A DNA stretch of 62,842 bases, filler included, from Rhabdomonas costata (taxonomy: Eukaryota): the NCBI GenBank assembly GCA_019059605.1. It is 37 parts of 37 records of this genome, joined end to end, with 100 filler letters (N's around TTAATTAATTAA, not from the genome) between each part and the next. Parts side by side here need not be neighbours in the genome. Positions count along the whole stretch, not along the records: positions 22,117 to 23,717 come from JAHMHO010012236.1; positions 23,818 to 25,417 come from JAHMHO010012237.1; positions 25,518 to 27,118 come from JAHMHO010012238.1; positions 27,219 to 28,819 come from JAHMHO010012239.1; positions 28,920 to 30,520 come from JAHMHO010012240.1; positions 30,621 to 32,220 come from JAHMHO010012241.1; positions 32,321 to 33,950 come from JAHMHO010012242.1; positions 34,051 to 35,642 come from JAHMHO010012243.1; 29 more parts are not named here. One strand, given 5' to 3'. Shown one piece after another: positions 22,815 through 34,244 of the stretch. How positions within the stretch are numbered: the stretch's first letter is position 1; each line of letters starts with the position of its first letter. A program made the translations under genes and the position numbers. Under the pieces are notes generated by a model. It did not search any database and was not told where the DNA came from. It saw nothing but the letters and a program-made list of their open reading frames with translations.

Positions 22815-23625
22815 CTGATGACTGGGTGGGTACGGGTGCTCGAACCACGTGGCCAGAGCGCTGAGCCCAAGGTGGACTTTCTTCTTGCCCACGTGGGCGG
22901 CGGTGGGTGAGGCCGAGTTCCCCTCGGAAGTGGGGCTGAGACTCTTCAGGCAAACTGGGAGCCCGTGGATCTCCTTCAGCAACTCAGCGTCGGCCTGGAT
23001 TCTAAAGTGGAGGTTCTCAAAGGCGAGTTCTTCGAGGACATCCGCGAAAATCTCGCCCTTTGGGTGCAAGGAAAAGGAGGAAAAAGGAGCTCGGCTCAGG
23101 TGTGGGAGAGCAAAGACCGGGAATAAAGGGTGCATACCTACACACGGAGCACATACAGATCGAAATGCAGCATAGAAATGCAGTCTATTCCGAAATTACC
23201 CATTCGCTTTTACAATAACACTCAGGTGCAAAGGTTTGCCAAAACTAAGCAAAGCTGAGAATGAATTTACAAGAAAGAACAGCAGATTAAAGTTATCTCG
23301 CACGGGAGCATTGGAAACTTTGAGGACATCTGGATTTTAATCTTGCCATTTCATTTCGTCCTATAAATTGTTTAATCGCCGCCTCTTCAGACAGCCTTGA
23401 AGTCTGAAAGGCACACCTCGCTCATTCTCAGCTTGGCCTCGCCACGGAGCGGGCCAAGAGGCGAGTCCGCCACCATCACCATCACCTCCGTAGGCCATGG
23501 GCGGGGGAGGTCGTCCAGGAACATCACCGAGAAACCATTGAGTCGGTCCGCGGCAGCCCGGCGGCGGGCTTTCATCTGCCCATACACGGCCTGAAGCTCA
23601 GCCAGGGTAAGCCCCATGTCCGCAC
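22815..23625 (-). CDS. Two exons of a hypothetical protein
   Basis: Exons 23625-23417 and 23057-~22815, phase-0 GT-AG: ...FSVMFLDDLPRPWP...KLRMSE-GEIFADVLEELAFENLHFRI... Confidence 0.6.
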
Positions 23626-24499
23626 CTGGAACGGTTATGTCAAGAGGCACAGACAAACGTTTGCACAATGAAGTGGCGGGAGGTGGCCCACTGCGAACCA
23701 AGGTTCTTCTATCTGGTNNNNNNNNNNNNNNNNNNNNNNNNNNNNNNNNNNNNNNNNNNNNTTAATTAATTAANNNNNNNNNNNNNNNNNNNNNNNNNNN
23801 NNNNNNNNNNNNNNNNNGGTTTTTATGGACATGGTGTGCCTATCCTTGTGAAAAAATACTGTTCTCTCAAATTGCGACCAAATTCATATTCGACATCTTT
23901 TTAATCGGGGCTTTCGGGGTCACGAAAGGATGATCCAGGAATGTCTTCTTTCCCTCTAGTTCCCGATTTGATGTTGTATTGAGTGCGCACCAAGTGTGCC
24001 CAGACTCCCAGGTTCTAAGAGTTCTACTTTAAAAGGCTGTTTAGCCTGAAGATGCTGTACAAGAATAATGAATCTCATTTCGTCATACCTGCATGCACCA
24101 CACCCAACAAGGGTTTCTCGCTCTATTGTTGGGCGCAGGAGGACACAGAGATTCTTTCGCGCGTTTTGTACTTAAGCCTTTAGACGAGGAACAGAACCTC
24201 TTCAGTGGAGGGTCATCCCACACAGGAAATGATTGTCTCTGCGCAGTTAGGTCTGCGGGATCTTGACAACACGGTCTGTTTGTCAGCACAAATCTTAGCC
24301 CCTTTTTACCAGCGGGGCTCTTAGCCCCTTTTTACCACCCATTTCCAAAGCCATCTCTGGGATCCGTCAAATGATGTTGAGCTCTCTCTCTCCCTTTAAA
24401 GCTCTCTAAAGCCCCAAAGCCCTATTCCGGAAGGGGTGCAGCGTGAACGTTTGCCCCCATACTTGATACTTGAGCCTTCATCGGGAAACGGATTTGAAA

Positions 24500-25417
24500 T
24501 GCAGTGGAGTGTGCCCTGCTTTCTTTTTACATTTTTACGCTTGCTTTGGTCCCCCCCCCCGGTGGACACAGGTGGAGTGCAGCATTGTCATTCTCCCGGA
24601 GGGTGTGCTGCGGATGCCCGATAAGAAGTTGCTGGTCTGCCACCGACCCGTAGATGAGCGCAGAGCCTCCAGTGCACCCAACGAGTGGTATGTCCGCTGC
24701 CCGTGACTTCCGTGAGTACCGGGGCTCTGACAGTGCCGTCAGGAGTAAATAAAAGTGCCAAGAAGAACCCCGTCACCATTGAAGGCGCTTACGAGATTGG
24801 ATGGGAAATTTTCAGGGAGCCAAGACCAGCCCCCAGAGTCACACACGTGGGTCAGCCTACCGCCGCCCCCCTTCAGTCTGCGTTTACAACAGGGAAACCG
24901 CCAACTCTAATGCCTGCAGTCCCAGCTACTGGGCCAACTCCAATGGAGTTGGATGCCGATCTACCAGCGGCCATGGTCTATTTTCCATGCAGTCACACGC
25001 CAGCCATGGACTTGGAGCCTGTTTGGCTCTCTCAAATGCTGCTTTTCCAACTAACGGAGCAACCTCAATGCCAAACGTTGCAGTTGCCAGCAGTTCCCGA
25101 CATTGGGACGAGCGCCTTTCAGAGCGCCGCCCCGTGAGTCCCAACAGGGGCCGTGACAGAAGAGTCGCCGTGTAGGGAACGCGACAGAAGAGAGTCCCCC
25201 TACCGCGGAAAAGATCGAGATGAGTGGATACCGCGCCGAGACGCGCGCGACTCCCCACGAAACGTTTACAAACGAGGCCGCGATCGGGACCGCAATCAGG
25301 ACAGAGACAGAAGGGACTCACCTCGAGACCGAGGGGACTGACGTCCTCCAGCCCGAGACGAAGTTTACGAGCGGAGCAGCCAGAGGCCACCGCCCCTGCC
25401 TGTCGAGACAAAAACCC
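24500..25417 (+). mobile_element. Decayed LTR-retrotransposon gag-like region
   Basis: NPVTIEGAYEIG and GPTPMELDA (PMELD motif typical of Ty3/Gypsy gag), then RDRRESP-type repeats. In-frame stops, no introns. Confidence 0.55.
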
Positions 25418-25659
25418 NNNNNNNNNNNNNNNNNNNNNNNNNNNNNNNNNNNNNNNNNNNNTTAATTAATTAANNNNNNNNNNNNNNNNNNNNNNNNNNN
25501 NNNNNNNNNNNNNNNNNGGGGGGTTTGGGGTAACGTCCCTGCGTTGGGACTGTGCTCGGGCGATTCAGTTTTTGGGAATCCCTCTCCACTTTGCTTCTGG
25601 ACCCGGGACAAGTTCCCTGGCTCTGACGTGTGTCCCATTACCAATTTCACATTTCACAG

Positions 25660-25952
25660 CTGGGACAGTTGCTGGCACTGAATCCGACACCAAATACTCT
25701 GCAGCGGTGCTGCTCAGCAGAAGGCTGAGGTCCCGGGCCGAGGTTGTGGAGCCCGAGTTTCTCTCCTTTGGGCCCCCCGCCTCGGCTGCAAAGGTTTGTA
25801 TGTCTGGCTTGCTTTTGAACCGCTATGAACTGTTCAGTAAGGTTGCGAGACTACTTTTCCGCTTGGTTTCTTTTAACAACTCTTTCTTTGTGCGTGATGC
25901 GAATGCGGGTTTGACAGAACTTTATGGTTGTTTTTGACTTTCACAGGTGTAG
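25660..25952 (+). CDS. Probable last exons of a hypothetical protein
   Basis: TTTCACAG|...EPEFLSFGPPASAAK|GT, then TTTCACAG|GTG TAG. Confidence 0.35.
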
Positions 25953-27317
25953 CGCCGCTGCAACAGTGAACGGTCTCCGCTGAAAGGCCCTACTGTTGCT
26001 GGGGGTCCTTCAGCCCCGAGCCCTCTGTCATTTTGGACCAGTGACATGAGTGAATCACTTGTGGATGTTTTGCACAGTGTATAAATTGTGGATGTCCCTC
26101 TTTGTAGTTGACAAATGCCAGTTATTTTCTTCCTTTCTTTTGCATTGGCAGTAATTTACGAGGATCGCTGTGTGCATAACGAGTTCCTCAAATATGCCTC
26201 ACAACCCCCATATAAAGCTCACACGCTCGAACACAAGCACACACACCATTTCTCAATGTTGCTGGGGCCGGGAGGCTGGGAGCTGGGGCTGGGAGCCCGG
26301 TGTTTCATCTTCCACCGCCCCCACCGTGCGTACCGGGCAGGACATTATCAGGGAAACCAAGCCAGCTAGGCACAGTTTGTGAAGGGATTGCCAAACTCGC
26401 GCTAATCTCAAAAAACCATCACCCTTCTCCGAACGACGACAAGGCCCAGAGCGCAGCACCCTCATCCCAAAACGTTTTCCTGCTGATCCGTGAGCTCTCG
26501 TCTTAAATAATGAATGATTGATTATTGTGTTTTCCCGCGGAAGCCAGATCCCCATATCGAATGTACCATTTCACAGCAATGGCCTTGAAGGCGCTTACCC
26601 CCTAACTCTTCCCGGGTCCTTGCCTCGGCCAGGCGGCACCCGCACCCCATGAAAATCAAACGCAGCACGGAGACGTCTCAAGTCCTTTTTTCCTTTGAAG
26701 GGCTTGGGTATTTGGAAGTTATGGTCACCTTGCCAACACGTTCAAAACACCAAAGTGCCTGGTTTTGCCCACCCGAAAACAACTTCGGAGGAAAAGCCCT
26801 GTTAGAAACCAGTGTCGCGGCTTTCGCGTATATCCGGGTCTAAAGACAAAACTGCGCCAGCAGTGCCCTGTCGATCGGAAAGGTACCAAGAAAAAAACAG
26901 TACCAAAACAAGCGCTTGGCGCGGTGCCAATGTACGTTGCCGTCATCCCGGGGATGACAAGGTATAGCACACGTTGGTTTTGTACTTTTTGACGGGTTGC
27001 GGAGAATGGTCATGATATTTGAATGATCTGTCGGCGCTTCCGTTGCGGAGAAGGAAGACATTTCCCCCGCAAGTGTATAGAAAACTTTTGTCGGTGATAT
27101 AAAATTTCACACAAAACANNNNNNNNNNNNNNNNNNNNNNNNNNNNNNNNNNNNNNNNNNNNTTAATTAATTAANNNNNNNNNNNNNNNNNNNNNNNNNN
27201 NNNNNNNNNNNNNNNNNNGGTTGTGGGGCTAGCTAACCTTATCATGAATGTGTCAAGCATAAGTACGAGCAGCGGCAGAGAGGAAAAAACGGATAAAGAA
27301 GAGAAACAAATTTGAAA

Positions 27318-28451
27318 TCAAAGACACCGTAAAACTTTGGAGTTCATGCCCATCTTCGCGTTCTTAGTGAGGCTGTTATGCAGCGTTTGCTCGTTAAGGA
27401 AAGGAGTATCGCTGTCAATCGCTAGCTTCGCTGAGGATCGAACCTCCATTCCGTTCCTGTCAGCTTCCTGCATATCCGAAGAAAGGAAGCACTGTTGAGG
27501 CGGCACGACATCATCACACAGAGTATAGGGATGCGCTTCCAGGGCAATGGATTTCTCTATGTTGACAAGAGGGAGGATAACTTCGGTGGAGACCAAGTCT
27601 GACGTCGAACGACCCACATTGTTCTCCGCGGACATAGGGTTCAAGGGTAACACTGCCACCGCATGAGCGGGAGATGGGCAACACGAATCCAGATTCTGAC
27701 CCCGAGTAGCTAAAAGATGAACAGCTTCTGACCCGTCAGGTTTAGCAAGGCATCGCGGAGGAACTCTCAAGCAGTCGTCCACACCAGACGAGCGCCTTAT
27801 AAAATCCACCTCTGTCTCGTTTGAAACGGAAGGCGAAACACCTCTCAGCACATCCGCCATTTTTATGGCCGAAAACCTGCGATCCGAAATAATATGATCG
27901 GATACAGCTTCCACTGCACGAACATTTCCAGCGTCGTTCTGCCCTGAAATGGGCACCACAGCTCCAATCCCCACAGGAAGCTTGCAGGCCACAGGGAAGA
28001 ACACGGAGAACAGCGTGGCCGCGATCGGCACGGGGAGCAGAAACTCTCCCGGAAGGCAAACCGAAGGAACCACCATGCACGCAATCCCAACAATGAGCTG
28101 AACTCCCCGAGAGGGCGCAACCATGCAATGGAGCAGGTGCAGCACCGCAGGAAGGCAGGGGTACGCCGGAACCGCGAAAAGTCGGTGACATACTCCATAA
28201 ATCACAAGACTCAGCAGGAAGGCTAGCGTCGACCCAGCCAAGCCAACTCCTTCAGCTCCTCGCCGGTAGGCCCACACAGATCCCAGGCAGAGCAGGCCAA
28301 CCAAGGCTGTCCCTCCAGCGACAAGGCAAAGGCCCACAGAAGACGAGCCGCTGGAGACGAAGATGACTGTCAAAGCGATCGTGAACAAGGACCACAAAAT
28401 GACTCTTATGTACATGATGGCTGGAGAAAGAGCACGGAAAAGAGCATGCAC
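27318..28451 (-). CDS. Polytopic membrane protein, long first exon (about 5-6 N-terminal TM helices plus disordered linker)
   Basis: 377-aa ORF with several hydrophobic stretches in the first ~160 aa. It probably ends at a donor (AAA|GTTTTA) shortly before the ORF stop. Confidence 0.65.
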   Translation of the reverse strand: MHALFRALSPAIMYIRVILWSLFTIALTVIFVSSGSSSVGLCLVAGGTALVGLLCLGSVWAYRRGAEGVGLAGSTLAFLLSLVIYGVCHRLFAVPAYPCLPAVLHLLHCMVAPSRGVQLIVGIACMVVPSVCLPGEFLLPVPIAATLFSVFFPVACKLPVGIGAVVPISGQNDAGNVRAVEAVSDHIISDRRFSAIKMADVLRGVSPSVSNETEVDFIRRSSGVDDCLRVPPRCLAKPDGSEAVHLLATRGQNLDSCCPSPAHAVAVLPLNPMSAENNVGRSTSDLVSTEVILPLVNIEKSIALEAHPYTLCDDVVPPQQCFLSSDMQEADRNGMEVRSSAKLAIDSDTPFLNEQTLHNSLTKNAKMGMNSKVLRCL

Positions 28452-29337
28452 GGAAAAGGTGAATCAAAAAGAAAAATGACCCTCTGTGCGGCAAGGAGTG
28501 AGTCGTGGGTGGAAAGTGGAAAACAATCACACACAGAAAGAAAGACACTGCATGGTAGTGGCACACATCGGGTGGAGGGGGGCATGACTAAACTGCCTAT
28601 ACGGGTGAATTACAACGGTAGAAGTCCACAGTCCAAAGTAAGATCCTATCCCACTGCGCAGAAGTGAAAACCCCTCCCTCACCACATACGAGAAGTAGTC
28701 TTGGGGCCGAAAATCATTCGAAATTCGAATCAAGTTGGCACAGAAAAAAGCAGAAGGATTGACAAGTGAGGCAAAAGGTTACAGTTCGATTTTGGGACAC
28801 CCACCCTCTACAAAACCACNNNNNNNNNNNNNNNNNNNNNNNNNNNNNNNNNNNNNNNNNNNNTTAATTAATTAANNNNNNNNNNNNNNNNNNNNNNNNN
28901 NNNNNNNNNNNNNNNNNNNGTGGGGGTTTTCCCGCAAGAGCGGATAATTAGAGTGATTAGGAAGAAATGCATTTCTGCTGAAAATGCTGCAGGCCTCAGC
29001 CCACAGACACCTCGTTCCGCAACGACTTTCGTTAGGCCTTGAGGCACCGCGTGGGAAGCAAGGCTGCAAAATTTCAGGTCAGTCACTCAGCCAGCCAGTC
29101 AGTCAGTCAGTCAGCCACCCCACGAAGGTTCCGTTTGGAATACCGCGTGATCGACCCCCGATAGTCCAACTGGAATGGAAGGAAAACCGAGCTCCGTTGA
29201 GACCCACACGTGAAGGGCGAGTTTCATCCCCGCTTCACACACCGAACACACAAATCAGAATGGGTGCGGCAAACAAGGCACGATTTCGGATGTTCATACC
29301 GCCACGACACCGAGCACACACATACACACGAACACAC

Positions 29338-29532
29338 CTCGTTCCACACGGTGTCGTCCTCGCGGTTGGTGGAGGTGCGGCGGTAGAGCTTGCCCAGCTT
29401 CAGCACGACGTAGGGCCGGCTGAGCAGCTCCTCAATGTCCGCGGCCTCCATAACTTCAATCCGGAGCCTCTCCGCGCCCGCGGCGGGGGTGCCCGCGGAA
29501 GGGGTGCTGGGAGCGGAGGAGTACAGTGACAT
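29338..29532 (-). CDS. First exon of a C2-domain protein
   Basis: MSLYSS...RLRIEVMEAADI...RPYVVLKLG...RTS...VWNE|GT. Confidence 0.8.
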
Positions 29533-30027
29533 TTGTTGCACACAGCGGGGCCTGTCTCTCTCGTCCAGAAATACCGAAGACAACCGAATGACAGAATAAC
29601 AGAATAACAGGGAGAGAAAGTGCTGCAGAGGGCCTGAAGGAAATTAGCAAAACTAGGACGAATTGCAATGAAAGCCAGCACCCTGTTTTAATACGCTCCG
29701 TGTCAAGTCAAAAAAGTGAACTCAAACGAAGAACTCAACGAAAAACCCCCTCCTTCCCAAAGTTAGAAAGCAAAAGAGTATTGCTTTCACATGAGTATTG
29801 CTGCCTAATTCCGTAAATCGTAAACTTCTTCCCCGGGCGATTGAACGGAAGCGAGAACTTTTTCTGAGCCATTTGCTAGTTGATGCCTCGATCCAAGCTC
29901 CGACTTTTCGCAAAGCCCCCAAAGCAGCCACTCTCGGTTCACCCAACGTGAAAGGCACAACACACACATCGGAATATGGGACGCAAGCAGCGCGTGCCGT
30001 GAAGCTGCGGGACCCAATCAACTATGC

Positions 30028-30519
30028 TCACACCCAATAGGATATGAGATGGGGGAACAATGAGGAGGCTACAAACCCTTCCGTTCGAGCTGTGCCGATC
30101 TCGTTATAGCGCGCGTCCAGAGACTTGAGGCTCGAAAAGAATGACGAAGCCGCAAGCGCCTGCATTGCTGCATCCCCGATTTGGTTGCAGCGCACGTCCA
30201 AGGAAGTCAAGTTGGGAAACAACGAAGAAGCCGCAAGAGCTTCCATTCCTACAGTCCCGATTTCGTTGTTTCCCATGTCCAAGGAAGTAAGGCTGGAAAC
30301 GAAAGACGAGGATGCCAGCGCCTGCATTCCTGCACACCCGATCAGGTTGTCACCAGCATGCAAGTACGCCAGTTTGGGAAAGAAAGACGAAGCAGCAAGT
30401 GCCTGAGCTCCCGCCGTTCCGATCAAGTTGCCACTCACATCCAAGAAGGTAAGCTTGGGAAAGAAGGATGACCCAGCAAACGCTTCCATTCCTTCAGTCC
30501 CGATTTGGTTGTAGCACAC
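30028..30519 (-). CDS. Leucine-rich-repeat protein (27-aa RNI-like repeats), 3' part
   Basis: About six repeats of NxIGxxGxxALAxSSFFPxLTxLDxxx; intronless. Confidence 0.9.
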   Translation of the reverse strand: MCYNQIGTEGMEAFAGSSFFPKLTFLDVSGNLIGTAGAQALAASSFFPKLAYLHAGDNLIGCAGMQALASSSFVSSLTSLDMGNNEIGTVGMEALAASSLFPNLTSLDVRCNQIGDAAMQALAASSFFSSLKSLDARYNEIGTARTEGFVASSLFPHLISYWV

Positions 30520-30726
30520 ANNNNNNNNNNNNNNNNNNNNNNNNNNNNNNNNNNNNNNNNNNNNTTAATTAATTAANNNNNNNNNNNNNNNNNNNNNNNN
30601 NNNNNNNNNNNNNNNNNNNNGGGGTTGGGTGCACAGCCCCCCTCGCCCTTGCGCAACCCCACCTGATCACCTGAGGTGTATTGGAGGCGACGAAGGAAAC
30701 CGGGTGGTGGGGTGGGGAAATTTGAC

Positions 30727-32146
30727 CGTCCAGTGCAGCCAATGTGGGTCACTGAGAAGTTCATCCAGCAGGGTCTCTAGGGCGAAAGGAGAGGTGGCCA
30801 AGGTGACCCAGCAATCCTCACCGGAAGAGCTGCTCGCACACGCCGAGGGCTGGGCCCAGCCAAATCCCTTTTCAGTCAATCCCACGCCCCTTTACAAAAA
30901 ATATGAAAAAGATGACCTTTCTGGCCGAGCTCACTCGCTTTGGTTTCCTAGCGACACCGGCCAAAGGCAAAAAATCCGGGAAAATCACGGGGTCCCACAA
31001 AGCAGACAGCCAGCAGGTTTTCATACCTTCAGTGTCCTGCAGCTTTTGAAATTGAAGAAAAAGACAATAACACAGTGCAACAATAAGGATCGTAATTTTA
31101 AAACACAATAAACAGGTTCAGGACAGGCAGCACAAAAGGTTTTTTCTGCAACTGTTTCAGTGGAACCCCCTCCCACACACACCTTTTTTGCGGAGGAGCT
31201 CTCCAAGGGCTTGGCCCGGTTCTGCAGCAGCCTGTGCACCTCCTGCAGGGCAGCCAGGTCGTGCTGCTGCTTCCGCAGGTCCACCTCACAGCACAGCCGG
31301 CCAACCTGAGGAGCAAACGAGAGGAGGGGGGTGCGATAAGAGGATGCAGATCGGGGTCATCCATTAACGACGCCAATACCCACAGCCAAAGGTCTACGAA
31401 TTGAGTCACAAACTTAGGTACTATGAATTGCACTAAACCTAAAAAACTAACTGAATAAAACTAAACCTAAACTGAACTAACTGAATAAAACTAAACCTAA
31501 ACTCAGGCAGCCCATCACTGTGATTCAAATCCTAACTCTGATTCACTCACTCCAATTTCAGTTGGTGCAGATGCATCGACGAGGGATCAGGGGGAGGGGG
31601 TTACTCTGTCCATTGGCGGGTTTCCTTTCCTCTAAGTTGCTGCCCTTCCAGCAAGCATACCTCGTCCCCAAGGAAGACGAAGGTCACCCCTTTGCTGTAG
31701 CAAATCCTCTGAATACCGCGGGAGCCCACCACAGTGGACTGCCGAAACTGTTGAACACAGGAAAAGGCAAATGCGGGAAGAAGAAAAAGAGGATGAGGGA
31801 GATTTCAAGGTACACTAGAGGTGCCTCCCGAAAACATCCTGAACCCCTCCTTCTCATTTTTCTCCTTCTGACAACACTAACTGACAAAACAATCGGAAAC
31901 AAGTGAGACGCAAACCCCCCCCCCCCCCGCAAACATAACAAAAAAGCGAAAGAAAACTTGAGTTAACTGACTCATTCAGGGGTATCTATTGAGGGCAAAG
32001 CGGTGGAAGCATAGCTCATGTCCTGCTTTGAAAACATCCCACAGATTTGCAGGGGTACAAAAAGAGGGAGCAAAAAAGGGAAAACGATGTCCCACCTCTT
32101 CGTTGTCGTCGACGAACTCCTCGCAAAGGGAGTGAAGCACCAACAC
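30727..32146 (-). CDS. Four phase-0 exons of a hypothetical protein
   Basis: VLVLHSLCEEFVDDNEE-FRQSTVVGSRGIQRICYSKGVTFVFLGDE-VGRLCCEVDLRKQ...AKK-GFGWAQP...; GT-AG introns. Confidence 0.65.
31432..31502. repeat. Intronic ~30-bp tandem duplication
   Basis: AACTAACTGAATAAAACTAAACCTAAAC occurs twice, plus a partial copy. Confidence 0.85.
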
Positions 32147-32320
32147 CTGAAGAAATGGCAAACACAGGAACACTAAAGGGCTCAAAGGCCAACTGAAAAG
32201 ATTTGGATGCCACACAAAAANNNNNNNNNNNNNNNNNNNNNNNNNNNNNNNNNNNNNNNNNNNNTTAATTAATTAANNNNNNNNNNNNNNNNNNNNNNNN
32301 NNNNNNNNNNNNNNNNNNNN

Positions 32321-32472
32321 GGTTGTGTGTGGATGGGCACGGCGCACACTCTCACCCCAATGCCCGTCGTGTCGTCCAGCACGAACAGCAGCACCGTGAA
32401 CGCGCCAAAAAACCAACAGGTGTGCAGAACAAGCAGCACAAGGACACGCCACAGCACACCGCGCCAAGGCGC

Positions 32473-32476
<4 letters not shown>
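32321..32476 (-). CDS. Possible first exon of a membrane protein
   Basis: MAPWRGVLWRVLVLLVLHTCWFFGAFTVLLFVLDDTTGIG, then a GTGAGA donor; directly abuts a (CA)n tract. Confidence 0.4.

Positions 32477-32516
<40 letters not shown>
32475..32516. repeat. (TG)21 microsatellite
   Basis: Direct reading. Confidence 0.95.
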
Positions 32517-32517
<1 letters not shown>

Positions 32518-33143
32518 TAAAAAAGATGCCCGGGGTTTTGGGTGCAACGGTTGCGTAACCACAACCCACATGTTGCAAAGACACAGTCTCAGGCAAGTGT
32601 CAAGTCCCCTGAGATCTTGAGCACCATCTCGACACCAACGGTTGTGGACGTTTCACCTTGTTGCCTTTCCACGGGCTGCGCAACGCAGCCGTCCACGATC
32701 CTGCCCGTTTTCCGGACACCAAAGCACGTCTTCTCTCAATAAGGCGGTGCATGAAAGTCTTTCCTCCGCGGCACCGACCAGGTGCATCTGCATTGGCGCC
32801 GTTATTGTTTTCTGCCTCTTTGTAACAGAGCCGCTAATATTGTGTGTCACCCTAAAATGCGTGCAAAGTATGAGGGGATAACCCTACAATCGTACTTGCC
32901 TTTGCGTACAGACAAAACCACAAACCACAAAAGCGCGAAAGTCGCGGAGGACACCCCATGTGCCAATGAAAACAAAAAGGGATCTTTCCCAGTCGAATCC
33001 AACCTTGATTCACTTTTAAAGCACGATTGAGACAACAAGGAAAACTGTGCACAGCAAACGGTTTTTCATGCCAATCGAAGTTTTTGCACGGACAACAGGA
33101 CCAGGACATGCTTGAGACATGCGATTGGAAGCAACCCGCAGAC

Positions 33144-33607
33144 CTTGCAGTCCCGAAGGGCGACGTCAACCGTGTCCCGCTCAACGTTTGTGCAGGTTAT
33201 GTGCATGTTCGAAGTGAGGCTGTATCGGGCTTGTGTTGTCTTTGACAGTTCCAGCGTCAGATCGCTCGTACTACCACCAGCGCCCCACGTGAAATCCACG
33301 AAGAGCGGCTGAAGGAAAAAAAAAGAATTGCTGCACATCGTTTTTTGAAGTGGAGCTTGCCCGCAAGCACTCACCAAAATTAATTCCACTATTTTATCCC
33401 ACCTCTCACCACTCTTTTCAAAGATTTCGACAGGACAGCAACAACAGGGAAATGGAATGCCTTGGCCTGAGCCATAATTTTGATTCGGTTGTACAGGGCT
33501 TCACAACCTTTCGACGTCTTTGGAGGAAAATACTCGAAAGAAACCGTGACATCGGGAGTGGTTCCTTTCTCCTTCAAAATATCTGAAATCTTTTTGATGT
33601 CCGCCAT
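33144..33607 (-). CDS. MTHFR: Methylenetetrahydrofolate reductase, exons 1-2
   Basis: SFEYFPPKT...LYNRI...MAQAK-PLFVDFTWGAGGST...NMHITC. Exons 33607-33461 and 33308-33144 are separated by a GC-AG intron. Confidence 0.95.
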
Positions 33608-34244
33608 TTGTTAGGAAAACCAAAAACGCGTGAGGAGTGGTGAAAGAAGCGCCCTCTTCAGAACCCCGAGCTGGTTCCGCTGAGAAACAGAAAAAACAAT
33701 ACGCCATGATTCTGCTTCAACCGCCAAACCGGCTTGGCCCCATACTTTGGCCCCACAACTTTTGCAAATTTTCGGTTCATCAAAGTGCTGAAGTTGTTCC
33801 TGCAACATCATTCTTGCGCTCGGGAATTACTCAGAGCTTATGATCTCTTACGAGAAGCCTGAGGAAATTGCTAGTTGAAAACTACCCAATTACCCCAGCC
33901 TGACGACTGCTACGCGGTCGAAGGGCTAATTTCTGTGCCCCGCATGGGGTNNNNNNNNNNNNNNNNNNNNNNNNNNNNNNNNNNNNNNNNNNNNTTAATT
34001 AATTAANNNNNNNNNNNNNNNNNNNNNNNNNNNNNNNNNNNNNNNNNNNNTTTTGGGTTGGTTTGACCGAACTACAGCAAGGAACCAGGTTAAAGAGCTC
34101 CAGACCAGAATTTCGAAAGGAGAACGGGCAAGGCAGCGATAAAGACGAACACGTTCGCAGGAACGGGAATTCCTGCCGGGCAACTATTGTGACGAAAACT
34201 GAAGCCTGCCAGGCTCAAGTAAGAAGTAAGGAGATGGGGTCTAC

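Noticed and set aside
32517-33143. MTHFR apparently truncated or hosting a nested gene
   Set aside because: Exon 3 (NILALRGD) is not found, but a long intron or a misjoin at the (TG)21 tract explains this as well; not resolvable here.
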